NCBI RefSeq assembly: GCF_018350175.1 | Contig: NC_058368.1 | Span: 18,416,001 to 18,480,000, forward strand | DNA from: Felis catus | Taxonomy: Eukaryota | Direction: 5' to 3' | Length of the DNA: 64,000 nucleotides | Shown: positions 22,010 to 34,748 of the stretch, piece by piece | Layout: the number at the start of each line of letters is the position of its first letter | Position numbering within the stretch: position 1 is the first letter of the stretch | The notes under the pieces: generated by a model | The model's input: only the letters and a program-made list of their open reading frames with translations | What the model was told of the DNA's origin: nothing | The model's database searches: none | Position numbers and translations under genes: made by a program

Positions 22010-22860
22010 AATCAGAAGTCTTTCAATGACAAGTAGAAGAAGGCCAGCTGAAATGAATTTGAACAAAAGAAGGAGTTAATTGGCTTATGCGACAGGGAAG
22101 GGCAGGGGTGGAGTTGGCCTCAAGCCCAGCTGGAGAGGAACCCTGTCAGGACCTGCACTGACTCCCACCGCAGCTCTTGCCTGTGCATTGGCTCAGTTTT
22201 CATCTGATTCTCCACTTGGCAGGGGCCACGCTCATAGCTACAATCAAGAGAAAGGACTTCTTGGAATCTTGGGGGAAGGACTCTGATTGGCTCAGCTTGA
22301 ATCACATGCCCATGTCTGGGCCAATCACTGTGGCCAGGATATTTGACCAGTGTTTCTATTTTCTGTAGCCACACCCAGTGGCTTAAAAAAGGACACGTGT
22401 ATTAAATTATGTTTCTGTAGCTCATAAGTCCGGCAGAGGTCCCACCAGACTAAAACCAAGGTGTTGGAAGGATACATCCCTTTCTGTGGGCTCTAGGGGA
22501 GAATCCATTTTCTTGCTCATTCAGTCTGTTGCTAGAAATTATTCCCTGTGCTTGTCGGATTACAATCCCTGTTTCCTGTTTCCTTCCTCATCTGTGGACC
22601 ATTTTCAGCTTCTAGAGGCCACCTGTAAGGCCCATGTGGTTACACTGGATTTATCTAGATAATCCAGGATAATCTCAGCATCCTAAAGTCCACAACCCTA
22701 ATTCTATCTGCAAAGTCCCTTTTGCCACGTAATAGCAATGTATATTAAAGAGCCTACTCATATGTAGATGACAACGAATACCCAAAACATACCCAGGTTC
22801 TGAGAACAGAGCATCACCATCTTTTGGAAAAGGTGGGGGCAGCATTATTTAACTACCGCA
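22010..22860 (-). mobile_element. MaLR (MLT1-type) LTR relics, nested
   Basis: ctctgattggctcagcttgaatcacatgccc; ggctctaggggagaatccatttt; gataatccaggataatctc; atctgcaaagtcccttttgccacgtaa. Approximate ends. Confidence 0.7.
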
Positions 22861-24723
22861 GCCAGGTTTTGACCATGTATCCACCTATATAGCCAGATCA
22901 TGTGTTGGTGTGATTGATGGCTCCAATAAAACCATGTGGAAGGGGAAGGAAGATTAAGTCTCCTAGTGAAGAACAGGATGCTATTAGCAGGGGAGGAATA
23001 GGGGGAGGAGAGAGAAATGTCTGCTAAAGGCAGAATGGGCCTTATTACACATTTAAGTCACTGCTCAAAGGTGTTGGTGGGCTTTTTGGTATGAATTTTA
23101 GTATTTCTAATAGCAAGTACCTAAAACATGTTTTCATGAATAAATGAATGGATGAGAGGAGAGGCAGAGAATTAATCTCTCACCAAGTTTACCCACCCTG
23201 AAGTGCTAGAACTTTGTTGGGCTTAACTATGAGAGACACAGAGGAAACAGAAACTACTCATAGGAATTTGGCCCAGAGAATCATGCTCACATATGGCAAC
23301 AGAAGAAAGCCAAGAAGGAAGGGGGGACTGGGATCTGGTCCAAGACTCATGTGCTCAAGTAGACCAGGGGCTGGAGCAGAGGAGGATTAACCAGAGAGGC
23401 TAAATACAGCATCCATGGGATGTAGGATTCCGGACTGTTAGTTGAGTCATATTGGCTATGGTTCAAATTCCTATAACCAGCCACACAACCTTGGGTAGTC
23501 TGACCTTGGGTCAGTCATCTCCAGTGAAAAAAAGAGAGTAGGACTATCAAGGATGTCAGTCAAGTTGATTGCCACCAGCCCCCATCCCACATCCACACCC
23601 GACATCCATAAGCAACCACAGCACTCTGCGAATGAGCCCTGGCCATCCTCAGGATCCTCAAGGCAGCTCTCCAACAGCCACTATTAACTAGTCCAATCAC
23701 AACATGTATTAAAACTCCTTGGCCATTTTCGAGTTAGATAATTTCTAAAGTGCTCTCCAGCTCTGACATTTAATATTCTACGATTCTAATACAGATCAGT
23801 TGCTAAGGACCAAGGGAGACCTGGACTCCCCACTTCAAACTCCTAAGGCTGGAGAAGGACAAAACTACCTGGTGGAAAAGGCAGACAGAACTGAACCTTC
23901 ATGACTTAATCCCAGTAATCAACAACAGTTTCACTAGGAATTCAAATCAGAAAAAAAGTAAATCTTCCTGCTCACCAGAAGTCCTGACAAACCACCTGAG
24001 CACATTACAGATGCTTCACTGGGTGTTTCATGATCCTTGATGTGTAGGTAATTGCCTTGAGATTACATAGATAAGCAGTCTGGGATTGGGGCAGGAAGCA
24101 ATGGTGCAGATAAACTGAGAAATGTTGTAGGTCACTTCCCTAGAGTCCCTGAAATAAGGATTAGCAAACAGGAAATTTAGGAGGGTGTGGTCTCTGGGTT
24201 AATACCTGTTGGGAAGGAAGAAGGATTGGCTGGAGGGTAATACTGGACTGTGGACATGGCAAAGGTCTTAGCACGGTGAGCTCTGGAGCTGGACTGGACT
24301 TTCAGAGATGTCCCCAGCTGGGACAAGGGGGGTCAGACTTTTATCTGCCTCCATTTATCTACCAATTATCTGATGGAAGCTGCCCCAGGAAGGGTACAGT
24401 CCTTGGGGGAGGAGGCAGTCTTCTAGAGGACAGTTCCCAGAGAGGACTGACTGTGGAGCACACACAGAGCTGAGGGGATAGTTCAGCCTGGAATGAAGAG
24501 TTGCATGGAGCCTCACACATAAGAAAAGAAGCAAATCGGATCTCCTACCTGGATTGTCTCTTTAGGTAACCAGCAGTGCCCATCGATACTCCTTTATATT
24601 GTTGCATTCATATTTATTTATATTCATATTGGCACGGCAGAGACTGTCCTCCGTGCCTTATATAATCTGTAGCTTCTTCAAGCGTTGACCTATGGCCAAC
24701 ATTCTGCTTGCACTCAGCAAAAT

Positions 24724-24725
24724 TA

Positions 24726-24764
<39 letters not shown>
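24724..24764. repeat. (TAAA)n
   Basis: Seen directly. Confidence 0.9.
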
Positions 24765-24896
24765 CCAAGAGTAGGACACATAACTGGTATGGAAGTTTCA
24801 CTCTGGTAGAGAAATGTCATGAGTAAGTTTAATGTTAATTTTATAGAAAAAACACAGGTGGAAAAATTCTATTATCCATATAAGTTATGTAGACAT

Positions 24897-25292
24897 AGTA
24901 TATTAATTTTCTAGGGCTTCCATAACAAAATACCCCAGACTGATGTGGCTTAAAAACCAGATGTTTGCTTTCTCACAGTTGTGGAGTCCGGGAGTCCAAG
25001 ATCAAGGTGTTGGTAGTTTTGGTTTCTCCTGAGGTTTCTCTCCTTGATTTGCAGGTGGCCACCTTCTCACTGTGTCCTCTTGTTACTTTCCTTTGTGTGC
25101 GCTCATCGCTCATCTCTGATGTCTCTTCATCTTCTTAGAAGGACACCAGTTCTTATGGATTAGGATCCTACCCTTATAACCTCAGTTAACCTTAATTACC
25201 TCTTTAAAGGCCTCATCTACAAATACAGTCACATAAGGGGGTAGGGCTTCACCGTATGAATTTGGGGAGAAAAAATTCAGTCTTTACATACA
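24897..25292 (-). mobile_element. MLT1A-like MaLR LTR
   Basis: tattaattttctagggcttccataacaaaatacc...gagtccaagatcaaggtgttgg...ccttaattacctctttaaaggcc...tatgaatttgggg. Confidence 0.85.
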
Positions 25293-25310
25293 GTTTAGAA
25301 AAATCATTTT

Positions 25311-25517
25311 TTTAAATGTTTATTTATTTTTGAGACAGAGAGAGACAGAGTGCAAGTGGGGGAGGGGCAGAGAGAGAGGGAGACACAGAATCTGAAACAG
25401 GCTCCAGGCTCTGAGCGGTCAGCACAGAGCCCGACGCGGGGCTTGAACTCACAGGCCGTGAGATCATGACCTGAGCCGAAGTCGGACGCTCAACCGACTG
25501 AGCCACCCAGGCGCCCC
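25311..25517 (-). mobile_element. Can-SINE
   Basis: Perfect TSD tagaaaaatcatttt (25296-25310, 25518-25532). Confidence 0.95.
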
Positions 25518-25879
25518 TAGAAAAATCATTTTAACACACTCTACCCATTAGTCAATGGATGAATGAATGGTAGGATTTAAAATTTATATAAAGAGGCCAT
25601 TAAAAATACACTTGGAGATTTTTTGGTCTCCCTTTGTTTTTGCTTCATTGTAGGAATTCTATTGGTTGGATTCAGATTTGGAAAACATACAAAGTTCAAA
25701 TTAAAAACAAAAAATCACCCACATTCCTGTCTCCCATCAAAAAAATTAACATCTGACATATTTCCTTCCAGTCATTTTTCTCTGCTACACAAGAATTTCT
25801 TTTATGGATCCAATCATATTATATATACATCTTGTATGTACATTTTTCCTACATTTTATCATTTTATCGCTCCTCAATT

Positions 25880-26087
25880 AAAAAAAAAATTTAGTGTTTA
25901 TTTATTTTTGAGAAAGAGAGCGTGAGGGGAGCAGGGGCAGAGAGAGAGAGGGAGACACAGAATCCGAAGCAGGTTCCAGGCTCTGAGCTGTCAGCACAGC
26001 CCAACACGGGGCCTGAACTCACGAACCATGAGACAGTGGCGTGCGCAGAAGTTGGACGCTTAACCGACGGAGCCACCTGGGCGTCCC
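25880..26087 (-). mobile_element. Can-SINE
   Basis: TSD tatcgctcctcaatt / tattgttcctcaatt. Confidence 0.92.
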
Positions 26088-27297
26088 TATTGTTCCTCAA
26101 TTTTAAAGGAAAGACAATACATCCACGGTCTAATTGTCTGATGTTTTATTTTATGAACTCCTACACCAACTATTTGCCTGTGAATATTTTCTTGAACATC
26201 TGGCTTCCTAAAACTTTTCCTTTTTATACCATTTCCTTCTCCTCCCTTGTCGTGCAAATTTTCAGCATTCTTTTAGGCCAATTTCAAGCCCCCTTGAGTA
26301 AAGGCTTCCCCAGCATGTCTGGGGCATAATAAACTGGGCTTCCTTTGGATTAGTATCACATGCTTTCTATATTATTTGTTTAATCCTGTTCTTCTTATGG
26401 TAGATCTTGAACCACTGTCATGCTGTGTTTTTTGTTTTAAGCCTTTACTTCCCAAATGACTGCAAGCCTCTTGAGTACAAGGACAGCATCTTATATGCCT
26501 CATATGCTATGGACCCTTGTTCTCACTGATCGATTGGCTGGTTGATTGATTAGCTTGCTGCTTTTGGTTTGCTGTTTTCTGAAAAATGAAGACCCGAGGC
26601 CCAGTTGTCTGTGGAAATAACTTTTCCCCCTACTTATCCTTTGGAGGGTACTGGTTTGTGGCATTTCCGCAGCAGGACTAAATTGGATGTATTGTGTTCC
26701 TTTGTGCTATCCTGATTTTCCTGCTCTGTGTGCCTCGACAGCAGGATAGTTCTATTATGGTATATCTTATTGTGTTTTTATAATGGTTTAATTACTGTGT
26801 ATGGGCTTCTAACTGAGAACTGGGGAGAGGGTAAATTCTCTAAATAAAATGTGCTATTATCAGTGACATTAATATGCTGCCAGGTTCATCTGTGTCTCCA
26901 TTGCAAAGACTCACATTAAAATTCAAAGTGTTGCCAAATATATGTTATAGGTAAAGAATCTATTTTAAATTCCTTTAGAGGGTGAATTAAGCTGCAGTCA
27001 AAACATGTCCCAGAAAGAGGAACTTTGATGTTCTGATGAGCTCTCTACTCTATGCCAGTCTATCCAAATATGTTTTCTGTCTGTGCAGTAGAAAACAGCA
27101 CGGTTCAATGCCCAGAGACATCTAGAAAGAAGGTATTCTTTATGTTTAATCTGGCCAAAAAGCCCCAGAGATGATCATTACTAAAACCAAACTTATCAGT
27201 ATTTAAAATGTACACAAAGGTGTATTTGGCTCATTAGAATGGGTGTAATACATTGCTATAAATGGCTAACAGACCAACCCCAAATGACTTTCAATAT

Positions 27298-27509
27298 CTA
27301 TTTATTTTTAATGTTTACATATTTATTTTTCAGAAAGAGAGACATAGAGCATGAGCAGGGGAGGGACAGAAAGAGAAGGAGACAGAGAATCCCAAGCAGG
27401 CTCCACACTGACAGCACAGAGCCCGATGCGGGACCTGAACCCACAAACTGTGAGATCATGACCTGAACTGAAGTCAGATCCCTAACCAACTGAGCCACCC
27501 AGGTGCCCC
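27298..27509 (-). mobile_element. Can-SINE
   Basis: TSD ccaaatgactttcaatat / ccaaaggactttcaatat. Confidence 0.92.
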
Positions 27510-27824
27510 ACCAAAGGACTTTCAATATTTAAAACTGGGGTGGGGGAGAAAAGAGGGAAATGGGGGAAGGCAGGAAGGCAGGCAGGCAGGCAGGCAGGCA
27601 GGAAGGGGCCCATATATATGCATATATCCATAATGTCAGAGAAATCTGCCATTTTGTTAGCTTTTCCTTTGAAACTTCATTAAATTTAAATTACAGGTCA
27701 CATGAACCATAACAAGTACAATCAGCAAAGTGAAGGGCATCATTTTTTATATTGCTGTTTTGATACAGCTATTATGGTGAAAGAATAATTTGTCATGTTT
27801 AAAAATCTTTCAGCTTTTATTTTA

Positions 27825-28058
27825 TTTTTCTTATAATTTTTTAAAAAAATTTTTAATGTTTTTATTTATTTTTGAGACAGAGAGAGACAGAGCATGAGCG
27901 GGGAAGGGGCAGAGAAAGAGGGAGACACAGAATCCAAAGCAGGTTCCAGGCTCTAAGCTGTCAGCACAGAGCCTGACACAGGGCTCGAACTCACAGACTG
28001 TGAGATCGTGACCTGAGCTGAAGTCGACGCTTAACCAACTGAGCCACCCAGGCGCCCC
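27825..28058 (-). mobile_element. Can-SINE
   Basis: Perfect TSD tcagcttttatttta. Confidence 0.95.
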
Positions 28059-28633
28059 TCAGCTTTTATTTTAAACAATGAATGGGAAAGCGAATAACCT
28101 CGTCCCTCCCGACAGACCATCCATTCCATCACCCTTGAAATTCAGACTCCCACTCCCATTCAAAGACAGAGGAGTTTCAGGAAGGGGATAAGTGGGGCAC
28201 ACGTTACCGGCTTTAAAAAAGGACGCATCCGATGCCATCCTTTTGTGCAAGTCACAGTGGAATGCCATTTCTGGACCTAGTCTGAATAGGAACGTTGAAA
28301 TGATTGCTCTGATAATTTTGTGGAAAGAACAAAAAGTCATTTCACTTACCTATATCCATGCTGAGAGTCATGTGTGCAGGATTTTTGCCAGTCGGTTGCT
28401 TCAGCCCTTTCCAGGTGCAGACATCAACCAGATGTTCCAGTGTTCTCATGGGGCAGGCCTACACGAGAGTGAGAGGAAGGTGACGATGCAGGGCAGCAAG
28501 AGTGAAGAAGACAAAAAGCAGTGGCTTAGCAAGGGTGGCCGGGCCAGGGCCAGAGCAGCGTGTCTGCGCCTCCTCTCCCTAAACAGGAGCTGGAAGGAGG
28601 ATAAACCCACAAGGAAAGAGGCCTGTGGTCCTG

Positions 28634-29093
28634 TCAGGGAGGGGCGATTAAAGTACTTGGCTTGGGTGCAAAATTTAAGGGGTGCCCCAAACTCAGCAAT
28701 CGAGACAAATGTCTTTTTTTTTAGTAATGTTTTCTTTTTTTTTTTTTTTAAATTTTTTTTTCAACGTTTATTTATTTTTGGGACAGAGAGAGACAGAGCA
28801 TGAATGGGGGAGGGGCAGAGAGAGAGGGAGACACAGAATCAGAAGCAGGCTCCAGGCTCTGAGCCATCAGCCCAGAGCCTGACGCGGGGCTCGAACTCAC
28901 AGACCGCGAGATCGTGACCTGGTTGAAGTCGGACGCTTAACCGACTGCACCACCCAGGCGCCCCAGTAATGTTTTCTAAAAAAGCAAAATCAATGCAAAA
29001 ACTCCACAATAAACAGATTATCAAACTTTTGGATAGATCCAGCCCTGCATTTATACTACCCTGCCTCATTGGTCTCATTCTAACTCCAGCCCT
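28634..29093. mobile_element. hAT MER96-like DNA transposon relic, split by a SINE
   Basis: gggtgcaaaatttaaggggtgccccaaactcagcaatc...aaaatcaatgcaaaaactcca...ctccagccctg. Confidence 0.65.
28736..28964 (-). mobile_element. Young felid Can-SINE
   Basis: Perfect TSD agtaatgttttct; same diagnostic variants as the 15598 copy. Confidence 0.95.
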
Positions 29094-29739
29094 GGGTCTC
29101 CTGGTCCACCTTCAACAAATTTAAAGATAGTCTCTCAGTAAAGAAATAAAATGAAAAACTCTGAAAGGTCATCTTTGCAGTGTTCACATAGACTGTCCTT
29201 GACTCTGTGCCTGAGGGAAAGGCCCTAATGGCCGAGAAAAGAGGTAGAAACAGAGACAGAAGACCTCAGTAAGAGTTAGCAGGAGATGAGAGGATGGGTA
29301 GACCCAAGGACCTAAGCACAGTTTCAAATCTGACTTAGGAAACAGAATGGATTGGTGCTGAATTAAGACTCCAGAAGCAAGAACATGCGTTGTGGGGGAA
29401 CCCTAGTCTTCCAGACTCTTAGAATATATGCATCTCTTACTGGGCTCAGTCCACACCTCAAATCACCTAGCTATTTGGGATTTTGCTAATCCCCCGTGTC
29501 CTAGACCATATGATCAACAAACCTTTCCTGGGGAAAAAGTAATAATGAAAGGAAAGAGAAAGAAGAGAAAACGAGGACAGGTGGAAAGTAAGTGTGGCTG
29601 CCTGTCACCACCGACACTAACTTGGAAATTAGGTAAGTAATATGTATTTAATACACAATGGATCAATATCAACAAAATTCAAAGTCAACCTTGAAGTGAA
29701 AATATATCTCAGGAGAGCAAGATTTAATTGTACCTCTAG

Positions 29740-29752
29740 TGTGTGTGAGTAT

Positions 29753-29784
<32 letters not shown>
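29740..29784. repeat. (TG)n microsatellite
   Basis: Seen directly. Confidence 0.93.
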
Positions 29785-29786
<2 letters not shown>

Positions 29787-29804
29787 CTTATGAATGACAA
29801 ACAT

Positions 29805-30285
29805 TCTCTTCTTGACAAACTGTCTCTACTCAGGCTCCTCTGAGTAATTTCAGCTGGGTCTGACTTTTGAGCTTCCGTGTTCCTCTGTGCATTGTCCAGT
29901 TTTAGGAGGAGTCCTGAGAAGTCAGTTTAACTGGAACCCCCCCCCCCACCCTCAATATCTGATCACCTCAATATCTGATTGTGTTCCTCATCGCCTACCG
30001 TTCCCCAGGTGACGTCTGGTCATTTGGCCTGCCTTCAGCAAGAATCCTGTTAGGTCAGCCTACCCAGAATCCCCCCTCACCGCTGATGTTCCCTCTTAGT
30101 AATTTTCCATCCTCCAACCCCCAGCCCAGTCTTTGACTATAAATTCCCACTTGCTGAGTTGAGTCCAATCTCTCTCCCCCAGCGCTAGAACCCATTTCAG
30201 TGGTCCCCACACCCATTGCAAACACCCCTCGGGTAAAGTCTTTAACAAGCATCATTGAATAATTTTTTCCTTTGCATGAACCTGG
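29805..30285 (+). mobile_element. ERV solo LTR (MER21-like, carnivore type)
   Basis: gcctgccttcagcaagaatcctgttaggtcag...cttagtaattttccatcc...gactataaattcccacttg...gaataattttttcctttgca. Confidence 0.6.
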
Positions 30286-30584
30286 GCTGGTCTGTATGGA
30301 AAAGACAGCTTTGCCGGAGGGCATCAAAAGAGGGAACGTTATTTCTTTACAACCTGTCGCACAGTAAGCAGGTAGAAAGCACTCATGGATCTAAATGACA
30401 AGTCTGGGCAAATAAATAAAAGAAGTTTTGTTTAGGTGACTTATGTCTTGGATTTCTATTGTTATAGTAATAGGATTTTTGAAAAAAGTTACAAATGTGT
30501 CAATAATAAGAAGGCTTGGTCAGCAATGGAAGCATAGGAGAAGGAGGTTAACAGGCAAACACAGGTGCAACCAATAAGAAACAG

Positions 30585-31060
30585 TGTCTTAGTCACTCTT
30601 TCTGCATAATAAGTAAACTAACCCATAAAAAATAAACTAACCCAAAACTTAACGGCCTAAAACAACACCTATGTTATCATGCTCATGGATTCTTTTTTTT
30701 TTTAAGGTTTATTCATTTTTGAGAGAGAGCGCATGAACGGGGGACAGGCAGAGAGAGAGGGGGACAGAGGATCCAAAGGGGTCTCTGTGCCGACAGCAGC
30801 AAGCCCAACGCGGGGCTCAAACTCACAAACGGTAAGATCATGACCTGAGCTGAAGTCAGATGCTCAACGGGCTGAACCACCCAGGTACCCCACGCTCATG
30901 GATTGTGTGGGTCAAGTATTTGGACTGAGCACAACAGGGACAGCTTGTCTTTGCTCCATGAGGTGCGGGACATCAGCTGGGAAGACCTGAACGTCGGGGC
31001 TGCCTCCACGACCGGGAACTGGAATCGTCTGGAGGCTCCTTCTCGTACACTTTGCCTATA
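30585..31060 (-). mobile_element. MLT1 MaLR LTR split by a SINE
   Basis: cccaaaacttaacggcctaaaacaac...ctcatggattgtgtgggtcaag...gggacagcttgtctttgctccatgagg...tggaatcgtctggaggct. Confidence 0.75.
30692..30891 (-). mobile_element. Can-SINE
   Basis: TSD atgctcatggatt / acgctcatggatt. Confidence 0.92.
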
Positions 31061-32224
31061 AGGAGGGTGAGGGTGGTTACATTTCTCATTGTTCTTGGAG
31101 AAAATGGCTGTTCTGTTTTAAGCATCATTCTCTCCAGAGGACTGTTAGCGTGCATCACTGTGGTGCCCCTTCCCAGGCCTGAGCGTCACATCCATCCAGT
31201 CAAGGACACAAGGCTTAGGCCAAACCCTGGCCCAAGTCAATTTCCACCATCAATATCTCCCTGTGGGGCTGGCTGGAGACACCAGCTGACCTACCCCAAC
31301 CATAAGCCTTGACATTGCTGGATACCATGTGAGTGATTTTTTTTTCCTTCTGAAACCAAGAATAAAGTGAAGGGGTAGAAATCAAAACAGAGGAGAGGAA
31401 GCCATGAATCAAAACTGAAACCTAAGGAAAAGGGACAGAGGCATTGCCTGGAAGAAAAAAGGCAGCAAAGAATAAACGAATAAAATGATGTCCCAGTGAT
31501 GGGACAGCTCATGAAGTTTTTTCCGACACAGCCCGTGGTGACCCACTCTGCACCACTGCTTTTAGCCTGTGGAACAGTCCCACCACCGCCAGCTGCCTCC
31601 ATCGCACCTTCCTGACTTCAGACCGGAAGGTCCCAGCGAGGCGTGAACCTCGTGGATGGAGCACATTGCTCGTGCCATCAAACAACCCAGGAGCAGCCCC
31701 TGCAGGGTCTCCGGCCACTAGGTTTACCGCACAGCGACCCTTGCCCCGCTCCACAGGTGCATTATTTAGTCATCAAAGATGTACACAGGACTGAGTCCAT
31801 ACTGGGCAGTGACCTGAGTGCTTTGCGAATATTAGCTCAGTTAATCCTCGCGACCAGGCTGGGAGGAGGAGCATTATTGTTATTTGTATCTTCCAGATGA
31901 GGAAGCTGAGACAGATGAGATCATTTATTGTCCAGATGCACCCAGACAGGAGGCGGTAAGGCCAGGATTCAAACCCAAGCCAGCGGCTCCAGATTCCCTC
32001 CCTGCAGCCCACGGTCTGTCCTCCCCCTGCCCCACCCCAACCATCTGCCTCTTCTGTTCCTGCTTTTAAGTCCCGGAGCAGAACGCCCAGGGTCACTGTG
32101 GCAGTTTGCAAATCTTGCTAGGGGACTGGGAGCTCTTTCTGCTGTGTTCTTAAGATTCCAGTCCTCATAGACGACCATGACCTCTGGTTGTGGGCATGTG
32201 GGTAAGATGGGGTGGGGGCAGGAG

Positions 32225-32417
32225 TAGGGCAGCCGGATAAAATAAAGAATGCCTCGTTCAATTTGAACGACCAACAAATACCTTTCTTTAGTACAAGTTA
32301 TGTGTCATGCAGTATTTGAAACATTCTTACACTAAAAAAAAAAAAAATACGTTCGTTATTTACATTCTGATTTAACTGGGCATTTTGTATTTTTCTTTTC
32401 TAAATCTGGCAATCCCA
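32225..32417. mobile_element. MER53-like hAT MITE (palindromic)
   Basis: tagggcagccggataaaata...tttaactgggcattttgtattttt...aaatctggcaatccca. Confidence 0.8.
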
Positions 32418-32689
32418 AATGTGGGCTCCTGCGAATCTCTAAAATGCTGGGTGAGAACACAGCTAGGAGGGCAGGTGGGCTCAGCATTGGGATGCAGGTG
32501 GTGGCCAGAGCTCTGGGGAACCTGGGGAGCTGACCCCTGTGCTAAAAGAGGCAGATTCCCCTGGCCCAGACAGAGGCGGTCCTCCGGCCACGACAGAGCA
32601 CAGGACAAAAATCAAAGTGAGCGCCCACGTCCCACCGTGCTGTTCCATAGGCTTGTGCCTTACCCTTTGCGAGCAGCTCCCGTGCCCCA

Positions 32690-33370
32690 CAGCTGTGTAT
32701 TTTGAAAAATGTCAGGCCTGCGGCAAAGTTGCCATAATAATACAACAGATATTCATTTTGTCACATCTCCACATACATGTGCACGCGTGTGCACAGAAGC
32801 ACACGTGTGTGTTCATCTGTTTGAGGAACCATTTGAGAGTTCGTGGCAGATGTTGAGACATTTCATCCCTAAATACTTCCGCGTGTACCTCCTAGGAACA
32901 AGGGCATTCTCCTACGTAGCCACAACACCATGACCACACTCAGGAAATGTACCATTAACACCATTCCATTAGCTTATATAAAGTCCACACTCAAATTCCT
33001 CCCATTGTCCCAATAACGTGTGTGTGTGTTCATACGTACACAACTATACGTACACAAATATACATATACATAATGTCACATTAATATATAATATGTCACA
33101 TATACTTGTGTATTTATACACTATATATTTGTGTATATGCATCGGTGTGTGTATATATATACACACATATGCATGACGTATAGGTACACGCAATTGGAGG
33201 AATTTGCATATGGACTTTGTATATGTATATATACATACATACACACCTTATTAATATATATTACTAATTTAACACAATAAAATTTTATTCATTTTTGTTT
33301 TTGATCCAAGATCAATCAAGGATCCCAAACCCACTTAACTGTGCATTCCTTGAGTTCCCTTTAATCCAGA
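32690..33370 (-). mobile_element. Old L1 (L1MC-like) 3' fragment with an embedded degenerate (TA/TG)n tract
   Basis: tgaggaaccatttgagagtt...cctaaatacttccgcgtgtacctcctaggaacaagggcattctcctac...gatccaagatcaatcaaggatc. Confidence 0.7.
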
Positions 33371-33734
33371 ACAACCTTTTCAGTGTGCCTACCGCATGCC
33401 AGACAGAGTGCAAGTGGCTTGGCATATCTTATCTAATTTCATCCCTGTGGAGTAGAGGGTTATCTCCTTTCACAAACAAGGAAACTGAAGCTTACTCATG
33501 TTAAGTAACTTAGCCAGGGTCACGTGGATAGTCAACGCCGTGGCCAGTATTTGAACCCAACCCCGACTCCAAAGGCCGCCCCCTGTTCTTTATACTGTGC
33601 TGAGCTCTGTCTTCAGGAGGTGATACTGAAAGTGTGATACTGAAGTGTTGGAACCTGAGAACTATTCCAGGTGGTGAGAGCAAGTTCCACGGAATACACA
33701 ATACTTGAAGAGAGAAGCTGGTCAGCTTAGCTAG

Positions 33735-33975
33735 GGAGACAGTGTAGAGTCAAGGTCAGGAAGTCACAGAGACCTGGGTTCAGGGCTGGGTCCCTCTGTT
33801 TCCCAGCTACGTCGCCTTCACTTCCTAGAACCTCCTCCCCCACCCGTCACATGAGAGGGACCACAGTGACCTCATCGGATTCTTGTGGGACTCTATTAAA
33901 TATTCACGTTAAGTTCCTAGCCCTTAGCTGACCCGGCACACGCCAGGCGCTCGATAAAGGGCAGTTACTACTCTT
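33735..33975 (+). mobile_element. MIR
   Basis: gagacctgggttc...acccggcacacgccaggcgctcgataaagggcagttact. Confidence 0.65.
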
Positions 33976-34364
33976 ACAAGGTGAGGCACTGCCCGACGGC
34001 TGCCACCCACAGAAGCCCCGGCAAGGAGCAGCTATGCCAGCAGCTAGGAGCCACCAAGACGAAGAGGCATGGGATTCACTGATTTTGAACATTCACGCGT
34101 GTGGGTTCCGCCACAGGAGGAGGGGGACGGCTGTGGGGAATCGGGGGATTCAGTGCGCATTGCTGGAAATGGTGAGATGAGCCCCCCGTTCCTGACTGGA
34201 GCTCCCTCCCGGAGGAGCAGACAGGGAGGGAGGTCAGGTGGGGACATCCTATCGCAGGAGGGCTCCTGCCCAGCCTCACTAGAGAGGCCGAGGGTCTCCT
34301 CATGTCTCCAGCATCCCCGGTGACCTCCCCAGAGTATGGAAGCCCAGTGTCTTTGGGGCAGGTG

Positions 34365-34748
34365 GGAGGGGGCTGAATTGTGTTCCCCTCAAAATTCACA
34401 TGTTGAAGCCCTAGTCTCAGTACCTCAGACTGTGACTAAATTTGGACATGGGGCCTTTAAAGTGATGATTAAGTTAAAATGGGGCCTTTCGGACGGGGGC
34501 CCTGACGCAGTCTGATCTGTGTCCTTACAAGAAGAGATTAGCGCCCAGGGAAGGCCGCGTGAGCACATGGGGAGAAGAAGGTCACCCACAAGCCGAGTGT
34601 GGGCAGGGGGGACCTCAGAAGAAACCACACCTGCCAGCACCTTGATTTGGCACTCCTGGGCCTCCAGGACTGTGACAAAATCCATTTTCACTGTTTAAGC
34701 ACCCAGCCTGTGGTACTTTGTTATAGCAGGCCTGCCTAACTAATACAC
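34365..34748 (+). mobile_element. MLT1A/B MaLR LTR
   Basis: ggctgaattgtgttcccctcaaaattcacatgttgaagccc...gtttaagcacccagcctgtggtactttgttatagcag...taactaataca. Confidence 0.88.

Noticed and set aside
28192..28803. 203-aa plus-strand ORF
   Set aside because: GTG start, runs into a MER96 relic and an antisense SINE; no domain or splice support.
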